A DNA stretch of 64,000 nucleotides, taken from the NCBI GenBank assembly GCA_016839815.1, contig JAEOTM010000047.1, forward strand, positions 1 through 64,000, written 5' to 3'. Source of the DNA: Candidatus Hodarchaeota archaeon (GTDB lineage: Archaea; Asgardarchaeota; Heimdallarchaeia; Hodarchaeales; Hodarchaeaceae). The translations under genes were made by a program, and so were the position numbers. Below, piece after piece: positions 50,724-60,939 of this stretch. Below the pieces are notes generated by a model. It worked only from the letters and a program-made list of their open reading frames with translations. It did no database searches and was not told where the DNA came from. The number at the start of each line of letters is the position of its first letter. Position 1 is the first letter of the stretch.

Positions 50724-51695
50724 TTATCTATTGATTTCTCCTGGAAGATAGAAATTATAGGTTTTTCCAAGCATACGGGTCTGTAAGTAACGATCGATTC
50801 TTCGTGCGGTCTGGAAAACAACCCAAATTTGTTTATCACCTAGAAAACCGTTATAATACCTATCAACTTCTTTATAGGTTATTGGTTCAATATCTAAATC
50901 TGAAACCTCAGTTAGGAAGAAATTATTTACAAGTTTAAGTAAGCCTGGGATCAGCTCAGCTTTCTGCTCTTTGAAAAAATTGGCTATTAGATCAATAGTT
51001 ACTAATCGGAAGTCGTAATACCGATCAACAACTTCATCTAGGAACAAAGCTTCCAATGCCCATCTTAAGAATGAAGGAGCACTTTTTAAAAAGAGGATTG
51101 GTTCCATTGCGTCAATACCATAAATACGTATCATTGGAGTACTTGTATCCAGATAAAAGAGTTCTGTTGAATCAGAGATGTTAGGATCTTCAGCGTTATA
51201 CCCACGTACAGCCCAATTCGAGATTTGTCCATCAATTCCGACTTGAAATTTTCGAGAACTTTTGTTAAAAAACCAGATTTTTGATAGTTGTCGCATTATC
51301 AGATGTAGTAACGCGTAGATTTCCTTTTGACTTATCGAATGGTGGATAATCGCGTTCCCGATAGATTGCGGATCAATTTTTTGTTGTGCACAATAGAGTA
51401 CAATTGATCCATCTTTTGACTTTAACCAGTAGGAAGCTTCAGAAGGGACTTCAATTCCAATTTTCGTCAAGATTTGATGATAAATTTCATATGCACGTAC
51501 ATGCCTTTTTACCTGTTTTTCAGTATCGAATATAGGCAATCTCTTATATGCAATAGAATCAGTAGAACTCTTAAATTCAAAAACTAAACTTATCTCACCA
51601 TAACCCAATATTCCTATGGGAACAACCCCTTTTTCAGGATGTAGTGTATTAATAGTTTTTTCAAAATCCTGAATTTGGGTTATATCAATCTTCAT
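50724..51695 (-). CDS. Conserved hypothetical protein (DUF6206-like, possible kinase-like fold)
   Basis: LGYGEIS, AYKRLP, GIDGQISNW, YLDTSTP. Family name is from recall. Confidence 0.6.
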   Translation of the reverse strand: MKIDITQIQDFEKTINTLHPEKGVVPIGILGYGEISLVFEFKSSTDSIAYKRLPIFDTEKQVKRHVRAYEIYHQILTKIGIEVPSEASYWLKSKDGSIVLYCAQQKIDPQSIGNAIIHHSISQKEIYALLHLIMRQLSKIWFFNKSSRKFQVGIDGQISNWAVRGYNAEDPNISDSTELFYLDTSTPMIRIYGIDAMEPILFLKSAPSFLRWALEALFLDEVVDRYYDFRLVTIDLIANFFKEQKAELIPGLLKLVNNFFLTEVSDLDIEPITYKEVDRYYNGFLGDKQIWVVFQTARRIDRYLQTRMLGKTYNFYLPGEINR

Positions 51696-51852
51696 GACGG
51701 AACCACAGAACCTTAGACTAAGTGATAACTTTGAAGATTGGTCACCAGATAAAAGTGTTTATATCAATTCAGAGAATTCCTTTTACATCTATTGGTCAAA
51801 TGATCCAATTCTTTATAATTATTAGGAGTTCTCCTATTTTTTAGATTTTAAT

Positions 51853-52491
51853 ATGACCCAACCCATAATTTCGTATTTTGGACAATCCTGCTTTCTATTG
51901 GAATTCGAATCTACAAAAATACTTATTGATCCTGGGAATAAGAAGCTTGGGAAGATAGAAGCTGATATCGTTTATTCCACTCACAGTCATTTCGACCATG
52001 CCTCTGGAATAAATGAATTTTTAGATTTCAATAAAGAATCTGCGATATTCATTAGTAATAAAGAAGTAACAAAGAAGTACACGGAATGGGGTAGTCGGGT
52101 GAAGACAATTGAAGACGGAACCCAATTAAATATTGGAGAATTAACTCTTGAATTCATTTATGCCCGTCACGGTATCTTTAAAGGTGAACTAAATCTAGGA
52201 ATCGTAATAAGCACTCCTACATTCAAGTTTGGTCATGTAGGAGATGGTGTTTCATTCCAAGGATTTCGCAAAAAAAAACTTGATATCTTAGCTGTACCAA
52301 TCAGTGGTTTATTTGCTGCTTCACCCAATCGTGTTCTTCAGGAATTACCCTCTTTTGAGGAACCATTACCTACTATTATACCAATGCACTGGTTATTTAG
52401 ATCTCCAAAGAAATTTTGCAAAAAACTATCCAAAGAATTTCCTCAAATAAAGTGTATCGTTCCTAAGAAAGAAGAAATTGTATCTTATTAA
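51853..52491 (+). CDS. MBL-fold metallo-hydrolase
   Basis: LIDPG, THSHFDH, HVGD, IPMHW. Confidence 0.87.
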   Translation: MTQPIISYFGQSCFLLEFESTKILIDPGNKKLGKIEADIVYSTHSHFDHASGINEFLDFNKESAIFISNKEVTKKYTEWGSRVKTIEDGTQLNIGELTLEFIYARHGIFKGELNLGIVISTPTFKFGHVGDGVSFQGFRKKKLDILAVPISGLFAASPNRVLQELPSFEEPLPTIIPMHWLFRSPKKFCKKLSKEFPQIKCIVPKKEEIVSY

Positions 52492-52506
52492 GATGGAGAA
52501 GATAAT

Positions 52507-53283
52507 ATGCGTATTCAATTAGTTTTAAACGTATGGGAGAGTAAAGCGTTCATTGCGAAGGCAATAATGAATCATCCTGACATTCAGGAGTATTTAGCAA
52601 CTGGTACTATTGCAATCGGAAGAGGTATAACTAATGCATTTATTTTACGCGAATTTCTAAGCGCTACAGAAAATTCAGATTTTGATATTGATATAGATAA
52701 TTATGTTGCTGGAGTAATTGATGGATCGTTATGGGTTTCGCACCCAGATACACGCACACCCGAAGTTGTATTTCGTCAAGGAAAGCCCAGTATAGAACCA
52801 ATTGCTCAATCAGTAGAATCATGTGACCTGATAATTAAGGGGGGAAATGCATTAGGTTCCGACTGGGTAGCAGGAGTCTTATGTGCACATCCACAAGGAG
52901 GAACAATAGGCTCTGTATATTCAATAGCCCTTTCAAGAGGCATTAAGATACTTGTACCAATATCTATCCAAAAAACAATTCCGCTAGCTATTACTGAAAT
53001 AATATCAGAACTTGGTGGACAGAATAATATTGATTATGCGAGGGGATTGCCAGTAAGTTTGTTTCCAATTATAGGGGGTGAAATATTCTCGGAAATTGAA
53101 GCGATAGATACGGTAGCAACAGTAAATGCCTATCCAATTGCTGCGGGAGGGGTATATGAGGGTGCAGGATCGTCTGTATTTGAGATTTCTGGTCCAGATA
53201 CTGAAGTAGAAAAGGTCAAGAAATTATTCAATAAGATAAAAGATACTAAACCATTAAATGTGAATCTAAAACCCCATTCATAA
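52507..53283 (+). CDS. Conserved hypothetical protein
   Basis: ESKAFIAKA, KGGNALG, GGTIG, AAGG. Confidence 0.6.
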   Translation: MRIQLVLNVWESKAFIAKAIMNHPDIQEYLATGTIAIGRGITNAFILREFLSATENSDFDIDIDNYVAGVIDGSLWVSHPDTRTPEVVFRQGKPSIEPIAQSVESCDLIIKGGNALGSDWVAGVLCAHPQGGTIGSVYSIALSRGIKILVPISIQKTIPLAITEIISELGGQNNIDYARGLPVSLFPIIGGEIFSEIEAIDTVATVNAYPIAAGGVYEGAGSSVFEISGPDTEVEKVKKLFNKIKDTKPLNVNLKPHS

Positions 53284-53298
53284 AGAAGTGAACAATGG

Positions 53299-54237
53299 AT
53301 GAAGAAATACTCCTACGTTACCCGATATGAAAAAAATCCGATTTTAACTAAGGAAGACATTCCATATCAAGTTGAAACCGTTCATAATGCAGGAGTTACT
53401 AAATATAATGGTAAGTATATTATGATCTTTAGATCCCACTTAAGGACTGGAAGATCAATCATAGGGTTAGCTGAAAGTAAAAACGGTTTTGATTTCGATG
53501 TAAGCGAAGATCCGTTTATGATTCCTTCTCAACAACCTTTTTTCAAAGATTACGAAGAATATGGTGTTGAAGATCCAAGAATTTCTCAAATTGGAGATGA
53601 ATACTACATCACATACTCTGCCTACTCGAAATTTGGTGTTAGAATTGGATTAGCTAAAACTCAGGATTTTCAATCAGTGGAACGAATAGCATTTATAACA
53701 CAATCAGATTACAGAAATACTGTTATTTTTCCAGAGATAATTAATAATGAATACATTAAACTAGATAGACCTCATTCTGATATTAGTCCTTGGAGTATTT
53801 GGATAAGTTACTCCCCCGATTTAATTCACTGGGGGAAATCTAAAGTTATTATGAAACCAGTAATTTATCACTGGGATGAGATGAAAATAGGAGCAGGAGC
53901 CCCTCCAATAAAAACAAAAAAAGGATGGTTAAATATTTATCATGGTGTATTTCCAACAATGGACGGTTCAATCTATCGATTAGGGGTGGCTTTACATGAT
54001 TTGAAAGATCCTTCAAAATTACTCGGAATCAGTGATGAATGGATTTTACAACCAGAAGATCCGTGGGAAGTCACAGGGTATGTTCATAATGTAGTTTTTA
54101 GTTGTGGGGCAGTTCCTGAACCCAATGGAGAAGTAAAGATTTATTGGGGAGGAGCAGATACAGTTATGTGCGTTGGGACTGCGAAAATTGACGCATTGGT
54201 TAATTTATGTCTTTCTAAATCACGTGATCCCTACTAG
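53299..54237 (+). CDS. GH130 glycoside phosphorylase/hydrolase (beta-mannoside)
   Basis: NPIL, VHNAG, EDPR, KIGAGAPP, YHGV, NVVFSCG, YWGGAD. Confidence 0.9.
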   Translation: MKKYSYVTRYEKNPILTKEDIPYQVETVHNAGVTKYNGKYIMIFRSHLRTGRSIIGLAESKNGFDFDVSEDPFMIPSQQPFFKDYEEYGVEDPRISQIGDEYYITYSAYSKFGVRIGLAKTQDFQSVERIAFITQSDYRNTVIFPEIINNEYIKLDRPHSDISPWSIWISYSPDLIHWGKSKVIMKPVIYHWDEMKIGAGAPPIKTKKGWLNIYHGVFPTMDGSIYRLGVALHDLKDPSKLLGISDEWILQPEDPWEVTGYVHNVVFSCGAVPEPNGEVKIYWGGADTVMCVGTAKIDALVNLCLSKSRDPY

Positions 54238-54241
54238 ATAC

Positions 54242-54922
54242 TTAACAGAATCTAGAGAGATCTAATTCAGAAAAAGAATCTATTATAAGATCTGCCTCTT
54301 CAAGTTTTTTTCTAGGAAAAGAAGTTGTTATTGCAATGACATGCATTCCTGCTTGATTTGCAGCACTAATACCATGAGGGGCGTCTTCAATTGCGACACA
54401 TTCTGAAGGAGAAACATTAAGCTTTTCCGCAGCATTCAAGAAAATATCGGGAAAAGGTTTACTCCGTATACCAGGTTCAGCTCCTGCAATAGAATCAAAT
54501 TCATTTTCTAGAGATACTTGTTGAAGATTAAAGGTTATTTTCTTAAGTGTACCAGAAGAAGCTACTCCAATTTTCCATTTAAGATCACGAGCTTGCTTAA
54601 TAATCAGATCAATACCCGAGACTCTTTTTAACTTATTTTCTGCTATTTCTAAGTATACTTCGTCTTTCAATCTCATCAGATATTGGATTTTTTCTTCAGT
54701 ACCACTTAAATTAAATGTTTTGAAGTAATAATCTACTGAAGCTCTTGAAGTACCCCCCAAAATTTCCTCGTAATTCGTCCCAATATCCACACCATATTCC
54801 TGCTCAAATACGATATTCCATGCCCCGCAACTTAATGGTTCTGAATCTACAATTACTCCATCACAATCTAGAATTAATGCCTTTATGGGTTTATCAAAAC
54901 TAGAGGAAAGGTGGTTTCTCAT
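54242..54922 (-). CDS. HAD phosphatase (beta-phosphoglucomutase-like)
   Basis: DCDGVIVDSE, KPFPD, EDAPHG. Confidence 0.87.
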   Translation of the reverse strand: MRNHLSSSFDKPIKALILDCDGVIVDSEPLSCGAWNIVFEQEYGVDIGTNYEEILGGTSRASVDYYFKTFNLSGTEEKIQYLMRLKDEVYLEIAENKLKRVSGIDLIIKQARDLKWKIGVASSGTLKKITFNLQQVSLENEFDSIAGAEPGIRSKPFPDIFLNAAEKLNVSPSECVAIEDAPHGISAANQAGMHVIAITTSFPRKKLEEADLIIDSFSELDLSRFC

Positions 54923-54938
54923 GCAAATAGAAAATTAT

Positions 54939-56219
54939 TTAGAGATTCATTAATGCTGTGGTTATCCTTTCAAGAATCTCGGTAATTTGGTTTTCAGAAA
55001 TGATTAGGGGAGGTAGGAATTTGCTTGTGGCTTTATGATTTCCGCAATAATCACAAAATACCCCATTTCTTACAGAACTTAATACAAAATAGAGTGAGGT
55101 AAAATCATCAATGAATTCGACTCCCCACATTAGGCCTCTTCCTCTCACATCCACTATTTTATCAGAAAAGTCATTTTTTAGCTTATTTAGACCTTGACCA
55201 AATAGTTTTCCGACATTCTCCACATGGGCTAAGAATGACGGGGTTGATATAATATCCAACATTTTTCGAGTAATATAACATCCTAATTCCGATCCTCCTG
55301 TCGTACTGATATGTAAAAATGGATCTTCCTCAAATACTGACTCTAATTCAGGGATGTAACTAGTTGTTGACAAAGGATAAACTCCTGAACTCATCCCTTT
55401 TGCTAGCACCATAATATCAGGGACAACCTGTTCCTTATCGTATAGGCCCCCATAGATTCCCCACATCTTCCCTGTCCTTCCCAGCCCTGTTTGTACTTCA
55501 TCAGCAATCATTACGACATTTTTATCATCACAAAGCTCACGAACTTCCCGAAAATAGCCTTCAGGAGGAATTAAAATTCCTCCAGTTGCAGGAATGGTTT
55601 CAAAGAGTACACATGCAGTTTCTTCATCCATAACTTCCCTTAGTGCATTTATATCTGCAAATGGAACCTGTAAAAAGTCAGGTGAATCCCAGAAGAATGG
55701 ATCCTTAAAACTTGGGGCACATGCTCCAAGAGCAAATCCTGTTACTCCGTGATAAGCCCTTTTTGCCGAAATTATCTTTTTTCGCTTTGTAAATGCCCTT
55801 GAAAGTTTAATCGCTAGATCGATTGCTTCACCACCTCCCACAGAAAACATAGTTTTCGAGATTCTACCAGGTAAGAGATCAGCTAGTTGTTTAGCCAATA
55901 GAGCTCGTTGTTCGCTCAATAAGTGATGATCCCCTATATCAAGACCTAGATTTAAACCTTCTTTTAATGCAGCATTAATCTCGGGATGATGGTGTCCCAA
56001 ATTAAAGACACCTCCACTCGTATGACAATCTATCAATTCTAAGGGGCCATTACCATCCTCTCCCTCAAGCATATGTATTTTAATTCCTTCTCGTTTAGCT
56101 TGAATCAATCCTAAGCCAATTTGAGTGAAAAAAGAAGCCTTCGGCTCTGATACATACTTCGCATACAAATCTACCAATGATTTTTGATCTTTGGTTCCAA
56201 AAACCTTTTTCTGATGCAT
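54939..56219 (-). CDS. Class III PLP aminotransferase (putrescine/acetylornithine type)
   Basis: GGEA, YHG, DEVQTGLGRTG, AKGMSSG, VRGRGL. Confidence 0.9.
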   Translation of the reverse strand: MHQKKVFGTKDQKSLVDLYAKYVSEPKASFFTQIGLGLIQAKREGIKIHMLEGEDGNGPLELIDCHTSGGVFNLGHHHPEINAALKEGLNLGLDIGDHHLLSEQRALLAKQLADLLPGRISKTMFSVGGGEAIDLAIKLSRAFTKRKKIISAKRAYHGVTGFALGACAPSFKDPFFWDSPDFLQVPFADINALREVMDEETACVLFETIPATGGILIPPEGYFREVRELCDDKNVVMIADEVQTGLGRTGKMWGIYGGLYDKEQVVPDIMVLAKGMSSGVYPLSTTSYIPELESVFEEDPFLHISTTGGSELGCYITRKMLDIISTPSFLAHVENVGKLFGQGLNKLKNDFSDKIVDVRGRGLMWGVEFIDDFTSLYFVLSSVRNGVFCDYCGNHKATSKFLPPLIISENQITEILERITTALMNL

Positions 56220-56272
56220 AGAACTTTACTTCGTGACCTCCAAATAAAAATCTATTGAAGTCAATGATGAGC

Positions 56273-57232
56273 CTAGAAATAGGTAGCCAATAGGGTTGGG
56301 GAGTACAATAATCCAAAAATAACTGCCCCCCCACCACTAGTAATCATAATAGTTCTGTATAATAACAAAGCACCTTCTTGATCCTGTCTTCTTAATAAAT
56401 TGAAAACAGCAACGATTTCAATTATACCCAGTAAAAAAGGAGTCCAATTCGCGATTAAAAGGTTATTATTCATTAAATAAATGTTTAAAAGTACCAATAG
56501 CAATACTCGAACAAGTACCACTCCTGCAGTTAATTTTATTGCTTTGGATCTCCCAAGAAACACAACTGTTGTCTTATCCCCAACCGTTTGATCGGTTTCA
56601 ATGTCTATCAACATTGTAGGTAGATGTATTCCCATAACTAGTATAAAATTAAGTAGAATACCAAGGCCAACTAAGTCCAACTCAACAAATGTAGTTGGAC
56701 CTAGTAATCCAACGTATATGGGAATAAAAACCCCGATTATTACGAGTGTATCTAAGATATCCAAGATAGGACGAGATTTTAATTTGAAGGGAGGAACTGA
56801 ATATAAAACTGAACCAATTATTCCAATTAAGCAGGCTAAAATTAATAAGAGAATTTTAGAGACCGTTCTGCTATTCGGAACTAGTAAAAGATTGAAAGGA
56901 ACTAATAAGATCCAGATCAGTATAGTCCATGAAAGTATCTGCACTTTTTGTAGTGGATTTGATTCACCAAGAGGATTTCGGAGAGATAAACCACGTGGAT
57001 TTATAGAATCGCTTTCTCGATCATAATATCCATTTAAGCTGAAATGACCTAAACTGAAGAGAAAAATGGATAGAGAACTGGAGATCAATGAGTTAACTGG
57101 AAGTCGATATAAGAGAGCGATCATAAGGGCTACTTGGGAAAAAATAAATCCCCATTCAGGGCGGGATACCAATAAAAGATACCAAGAATATTCTTTGACT
57201 CTAACTAATCGATTCGTTTCTGATTTCATCAA
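56273..57232 (-). CDS. UbiA-family prenyltransferase
   Basis: NGYYDRESD, YSVPPFKLK, DIETD..GDKT. Confidence 0.85.
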   Translation of the reverse strand: MMKSETNRLVRVKEYSWYLLLVSRPEWGFIFSQVALMIALLYRLPVNSLISSSLSIFLFSLGHFSLNGYYDRESDSINPRGLSLRNPLGESNPLQKVQILSWTILIWILLVPFNLLLVPNSRTVSKILLLILACLIGIIGSVLYSVPPFKLKSRPILDILDTLVIIGVFIPIYVGLLGPTTFVELDLVGLGILLNFILVMGIHLPTMLIDIETDQTVGDKTTVVFLGRSKAIKLTAGVVLVRVLLLVLLNIYLMNNNLLIANWTPFLLGIIEIVAVFNLLRRQDQEGALLLYRTIMITSGGGAVIFGLLYSPTLLATYF

Positions 57233-57409
57233 ATAATTCTGGAAAGATTTTCTTTAAATTTAATATTGCTAATCAATGAAAGTTCAAAAGATAATCGTAA
57301 GATATCATTTTGTGGCCAGACACAAATATTTATAATGTCATACATGTTTATCTTGTCATACCGTCATACAAGTCAAAGCGATGACTTGAAAAACCGATTG
57401 GTGAAAAAA

Positions 57410-57949
57410 ATGTCAGAATACGATGATTGGTCAGATAAGGAAATAAGCGACTTGAAAAAGATGAAAAATGTAACGATACGTGGAATCGACTCGGAAATCT
57501 ATGATGAATTCTCTTCTTCCATTAAGTCCCTCAAAATGAACATTGGAGAAGCTATCACGCAGATGATGCAAGATGTAATGGAAGATTTTGGTGAGACATT
57601 TCCTAATTTGACCGCTAAAGGATCACTAGGTAAAATGAGGAAAGATCGCATTTCCATTAATGCTCTTGATACCTTGAGAGTATCCAAGAAGGATTTGGAA
57701 GAAGCAGGTGCAGAAATCAGATTTTCTCACGTAACCAAATTAATCTTTGAACCTGATGTGGATTTAACTACCTTTAACAAGTATGTTCGAGGAATTTCGC
57801 ATTGTGATTATGTAAAAATTCCCGCTTTTCTTCCAAAGCTTGTTTTATTGTCGAAAACTCAGTATTGTGGTAAAGTTGAATCATATCCCGTGGAAGAATC
57901 TGCTAAAATGACCGCAAAGTCGTTTCATGACTCATATGAAGAAGAATAA
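57410..57949 (+). CDS. Hypothetical protein: RHH-like N-terminus plus beta-solenoid-like domain (start revised)
   Basis: VTIRGIDSEIYDEF..IGEAITQMM. Paralog of the next gene. Confidence 0.6.
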   Translation: MSEYDDWSDKEISDLKKMKNVTIRGIDSEIYDEFSSSIKSLKMNIGEAITQMMQDVMEDFGETFPNLTAKGSLGKMRKDRISINALDTLRVSKKDLEEAGAEIRFSHVTKLIFEPDVDLTTFNKYVRGISHCDYVKIPAFLPKLVLLSKTQYCGKVESYPVEESAKMTAKSFHDSYEEE

Positions 57950-57969
57950 GAGAAATTCTCCTCAGAGAG

Positions 57970-58704
57970 GTGATTGAAACGACTGTAGAGATTATAAATC
58001 CTAGCCAGCTTAAAACTTCATTATCACACCAAATATTTAAACTAACTGAGAATCTTAAAGCCGAGAATATCTCGTATGAAGAAATATTAGATCTCTTTCG
58101 GAATATCATTAAGGAGAGGGAGTTTTTAATTTCAGAGATAGATAATTTGAAATCCATCCTACAGACATATGAGTCAGTAATGCAAGTTAAATCTAATCCT
58201 TTGGTAATTACTTTATCAGAAATTGAAGAAAACTTGTACAATGATTTTGAAAGTTTGTCAAGCAAACTTGGTAGAAGTGATGGGGAAATTTTAAACATTT
58301 TGATGGAACTTTTTCTTGCGCGTAATGAGAAATATGCGTTTCCTAAGCTAACTGCGTCTGAACTAGTGGGAAGAGTAAAAGGAACTATTTCAACGGTGAG
58401 AATTCGAAATCATCGATTTTTGAGAATTTCTGACCAAGACCTAGAGAATTTGGATGGAAAGATAGATTTCGATAATATTAAGACCATTATCCTTGATGTT
58501 ACTCCAGAGAATTTCGTTAAGTATGTCAATTCAATAAAAAGGTGTGCAGAGGTTCATGTTTCCACCACAATATCGAAGTTGATGGTATATGCGCGAACTA
58601 GTGAATGTCAAGAAATACACTTCATTCCTCCTCAATCAGAGAATTGTCTGGAATATGCAAAAGAGGCAAATCAGGTTGTAGAAGAATGGAATAGTTACAA
58701 ATGA
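57970..58704 (+). CDS. Hypothetical protein, paralog of the upstream gene with coiled-coil N-terminal extension
   Basis: Shares the FPxLTA, LRxSxxDLE, FxKYVxxIxxC and KL motifs. Confidence 0.6.
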   Translation: MIETTVEIINPSQLKTSLSHQIFKLTENLKAENISYEEILDLFRNIIKEREFLISEIDNLKSILQTYESVMQVKSNPLVITLSEIEENLYNDFESLSSKLGRSDGEILNILMELFLARNEKYAFPKLTASELVGRVKGTISTVRIRNHRFLRISDQDLENLDGKIDFDNIKTIILDVTPENFVKYVNSIKRCAEVHVSTTISKLMVYARTSECQEIHFIPPQSENCLEYAKEANQVVEEWNSYK

Positions 58705-58770
58705 TCTATTTTTCCTTAAACCACCTTTACCATCCTGATTTACACTATGTAGGGCCCATATATTATCTGA

Positions 58771-59988
58771 TCAAAATGCTGTCATAATCAAGTAACCTGC
58801 AAGTGGTAAAATCAGAAGAGGGACTATTCCAATTAATAATCTCATTATTGATATTCTCTTCGTATCCATATCTGCGTTGTATTTTTCTAATGGCTTAAAT
58901 CCTCGTCCAGTCATTTTATATTTGTTGTCGATAAGAATTGTCAGACTTGGTTGCTGGAAGAAAGAAATTCTATCAAATAATACATTTTCAAGTTCCTGAA
59001 TTAATCCTTCAAATTTAATTTGTGCAGCGGATAAATCACTAATAAGAGATTCATGGGGAGTATTTTTTAGTTCATCAAGAGTGATTTCTTTTGCTTCGAT
59101 TAATTCTTTCAAAGAAGTATCAATCTCCACATTACCCCCTTGGTACTTAAATATCCCAGATGCTCTCCAGTATTTGAACTCGTACTTTTGGGCTTGGAAT
59201 TCTCCAAAATAACCTTCACCACCGCAAGAAGAACATTTTTGTTTTCCTGTTCCTTGACATGATGTGCAGGTTCTCTGTCCTGATCCACTACATGATATAC
59301 ATCGTTCTCTTCTCGTTTCAGATGTCTTCTTAGCATAGTTATATTGAGTTCGTGTTACTGAACCACTACCACCACAACTAGTGCATCGACTCTTTCCAGT
59401 AGAACTACACATTGAACAGTGTGACTTTCCTTGTCCACCACAACGCATACAAGACTGTTTCTTTAACGTACCAGCCACAGGATAGATTTTTGTGCTTTTC
59501 TCAAATGTTGTTGGAAAATCTACGTTAATAGGTTCTGAAAAAAACTGTTGCTTTTGTGCTTCAGAATAACCCATTTTCTTAGATATGGTAGAAACTTTGT
59601 AAAATTCAGCTTCTCCTCTTGCTTCAAATAATAGTGCTCCTTCATCCGCAGTCCATTTCAAGCTCTTCAGGGGAGGAGTAGATCGTAATAAACCCCTTAT
59701 TCCTCTCTGATGACTCCACCACCAAAAATTAATCAGATCGTCTGTATCTAGAGGTATTTCCGAAGCAGGATGATCGAGAATCTCTGGACGTTTTATGGGA
59801 CGAATTTTGGCATAAAAAAGAAATATTACTAAATAGATACCAATAGCTATACCCGAATATATTAACAAATGTGTGTCTATTTGAAAATCTTGGTTGATTA
59901 CACCGTCATAAAGCCAAAACGTAAGCACTCCCTCTAAAATAATTAGGATCGCTCCAAAGAAAATTACAGAATATATTTTTTTCATCAT
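58771..59988 (-). CDS. Membrane protein with DnaJ-type zinc finger (six CxxCxGxG-type repeats), no J domain
   Basis: CMRCGGQG, CSMCSSTG, CTSCGGSG, CISCSGSG, CTSCQGTG, CSSCGGEG. Two N-terminal and one C-terminal TM. Confidence 0.75.
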   Translation of the reverse strand: MMKKIYSVIFFGAILIILEGVLTFWLYDGVINQDFQIDTHLLIYSGIAIGIYLVIFLFYAKIRPIKRPEILDHPASEIPLDTDDLINFWWWSHQRGIRGLLRSTPPLKSLKWTADEGALLFEARGEAEFYKVSTISKKMGYSEAQKQQFFSEPINVDFPTTFEKSTKIYPVAGTLKKQSCMRCGGQGKSHCSMCSSTGKSRCTSCGGSGSVTRTQYNYAKKTSETRRERCISCSGSGQRTCTSCQGTGKQKCSSCGGEGYFGEFQAQKYEFKYWRASGIFKYQGGNVEIDTSLKELIEAKEITLDELKNTPHESLISDLSAAQIKFEGLIQELENVLFDRISFFQQPSLTILIDNKYKMTGRGFKPLEKYNADMDTKRISIMRLLIGIVPLLILPLAGYLIMTAF

Positions 59989-60204
59989 TTACAACATCAT
60001 TGTACGAGAATTTTCATAACGTACAATTCCTTTTAGCAGTCAATGAATCTTAAAAAAACTTTCTATGGAAATTCATTGGGTTCTTTAGTTAGAGAATCTA
60101 CTATTTATCCTTAGTTCAAAGAAGATTAGTGAAGAATATTCCAAAAATTACCTCCAACTAAAAGTATAAAAATAAAAATGTAAGAAAATTACATAATCAT
60201 TTTA

Positions 60205-60873
60205 TTGGTGAGAAAGAAAATGAAATTTGGTCCAACCTCCTTTTCGCATGATACAGAGCTTACTGAACCCATTACCTCTTTTGGTCCTTTAGTTGCTCGT
60301 GGAAACCTATATGCTCCTAAAATTTCAACTAATGGGCCCTGTTCAATTGGTGAAAACTTAGAAATCGGTGAAGCATTAAAAGTGAATGGGCCCCTAGTTA
60401 TTAAGGGTTCATTTACTTGTCATAAAGATGCTTCGGCCAAAGTAAATGGTCCTGTTACAATAAATGGCGGAGTAATTGGTGGAAAAATAAAAATAAATGG
60501 ACCCATGAAGTCACGTTATGTAGAAGTTAGCTCTCTTAAGGTAAATGGACCAGTAAACATTACAGAAGATATCATTGCTAAAGATAGTGTTGTACTTGGT
60601 GTGGGAAGGTCGAGTAAAAGTCGAGAGAATCAATCTGTAGAAGTGGGAGGAGTCATTGATGCTCCTCACATTCGGATTACAAATTATTCATCGATGTTTT
60701 CACCGGCGAAAATCATCAAAAAAGTAATCGGATTGAAGGATAAGTTTGAGAGAGTCCTAGTTCTGGAAGACCTCAAATTTAAAGCTAAAACTCTTGAATT
60801 AGAGGGAATTGAACTTGAGAATTGTGATACTTCAGAAGTTGATGAGATAATCAAACTCCATTCTACTAAATAA
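60205..60873 (+). CDS. Bactofilin-like (polymer-forming) beta-helix protein
   Basis: Repeated (V/I/T)NGP and FGP units with alternating hydrophobic residues. Confidence 0.65.
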   Translation: MVRKKMKFGPTSFSHDTELTEPITSFGPLVARGNLYAPKISTNGPCSIGENLEIGEALKVNGPLVIKGSFTCHKDASAKVNGPVTINGGVIGGKIKINGPMKSRYVEVSSLKVNGPVNITEDIIAKDSVVLGVGRSSKSRENQSVEVGGVIDAPHIRITNYSSMFSPAKIIKKVIGLKDKFERVLVLEDLKFKAKTLELEGIELENCDTSEVDEIIKLHSTK

Positions 60874-60939
60874 GGGGAAATACTTACCCTGTAGTCTGCA
60901 ATTACATCCAAATCTTTCGAAGATTAACCGTAATTCAAT

